Assembly (NCBI GenBank): GCA_963575745.1
Contig: CAUYUJ010000001.1
Coordinates: 868,001 to 932,000, forward strand
Direction: 5' to 3'
Origin: Prorocentrum cordatum
Lineage: Eukaryota
Length of the DNA stretch: 64,000 nt
In this document: positions 63,051-64,000 of the stretch, piece after piece
How the letters are laid out: the number at the start of each line of letters is the position of its first letter
Numbering within the stretch: the first letter of the stretch is position 1
Position numbers and translations under genes: made by a program
The notes under the pieces: generated by a model
What the model was told of the DNA's origin: nothing
Databases searched by the model: none
Seen by the model: only the letters and a program-made list of their open reading frames with translations

Positions 63051-64000
63051 ACGTGGTGAGAAGACGTCACGGCGTCGGAGTTCTGGGCCCCCCCAGGTGG
63101 CCTCTGGCCCCCCCAGGTGGGTTGTCGTCGGCGCCATTTAGTAGGCCGCATCGTCGCAGGGGTGAGGAGGGCTGCAGGAGGGGGAGGGGGCTGGCAGGAG
63201 CGCGACCCACCGGCGCGCCGACCATGGGTCAGGGGCAGCGTAAAGGGGGGGATAGGCTCGGGGGGGGAGGCATCGACTCCCAATCGTTCATGGATGCACC
63301 CCGCCCAGAGCCGTGCGGATTTGCTAGTGGTGGCCTATCGCCGATCTGTTGGCGATGTATCGCCGATTTCAGTTCGATGGTTCCCCCCCCCCCTGAGTCG
63401 GTGCCCCTCCTACCGTTCACGCCGACGAGGCGTGGCTCTCCGCCGTCGCTGTCGCCGTTGGTGCCGGCGTCGTCGTCTGTCGGCATCGCAGGTTCGGAAC
63501 GTTTTCTGGTCGTTTGCGGGTGTTCTCGTCGTCGGGGCTGGGCGCAGCTTGCAAATGGCCAAGATGAGCCCGAGGAGGGCAGGGTGATGAGCCATCTGGA
63601 CCGTCCCAGCCCCCGCGAGGTCCCAAGCCGCCCCTCCCCTCCCCCCCCAATACACCCCACCGAACATGACCCAGCTGTGCTCCAGGAAAGTCCTAAGTTA
63701 GCCCCAAAGGGTCTTTAACCCCCCACCCCCCTAAAAAGAATGAAAAATTATAGTTTCTGCGTAGGCTCATTGACGGATTGGAAAGTAATTATTCCCCCGC
63801 GGCAGCCACCGTTAAGAGGATCTCGTCAAGCTGGCCCCCACGCTCCACGATTTCCCTGCTCACGTAAGATCGCCGACGAATGACGTCCTGCCTGTTTCAA
63901 CGCATGGGTCGGCCCATTTGTTCTTGTTGGATTCGCAGGTCCCGTTCCCAGACCCACTCGCGTCTAAAGAAAATCACGGCGGCAGGTTTTCGGCAATGTT

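Overview
This is GC-rich, repeat-dominated eukaryotic DNA, almost certainly dinoflagellate nuclear genome. It holds four copies of the 22-nt dinoflagellate spliced leader (DinoSL, DCCGTAGCCATTTTGGCTCAAG) and an HU-derived dinoflagellate histone-like protein gene; a Prorocentrum-like origin is an inference only. Most ORF-track entries are artefacts of microsatellites and high GC. Supportable content: (1) At 19850-27645, a head-to-tail, same-strand array of three retro-inserted units separated by (TCC)n tracts. These are a full-length APE-RT non-LTR retrotransposon starting exactly with a perfect SL, an intronless KOW-motif ORF headed by SL plus a relic SL, and a 5'-truncated tail of a related LINE. 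(2) At 31354-32040, a processed retrogene of a histone-like protein with SL, poly(A) remnant and an 18-bp target-site duplication. (3) At about 49600-58700, an older decayed cluster with RT remnants and another (TCC)n-then-SL junction. (4) At about 1.4-3.2 kb, a decayed CACTA/EnSpm-like transposase. (5) Many satellites and dispersed repeats. The best candidate for an undescribed system is an SL-capped, (TCC)n-targeting LINE family that also appears to deposit trans-spliced passenger RNAs in the same microsatellite. All calls come from reading motifs by eye; no searches were run.
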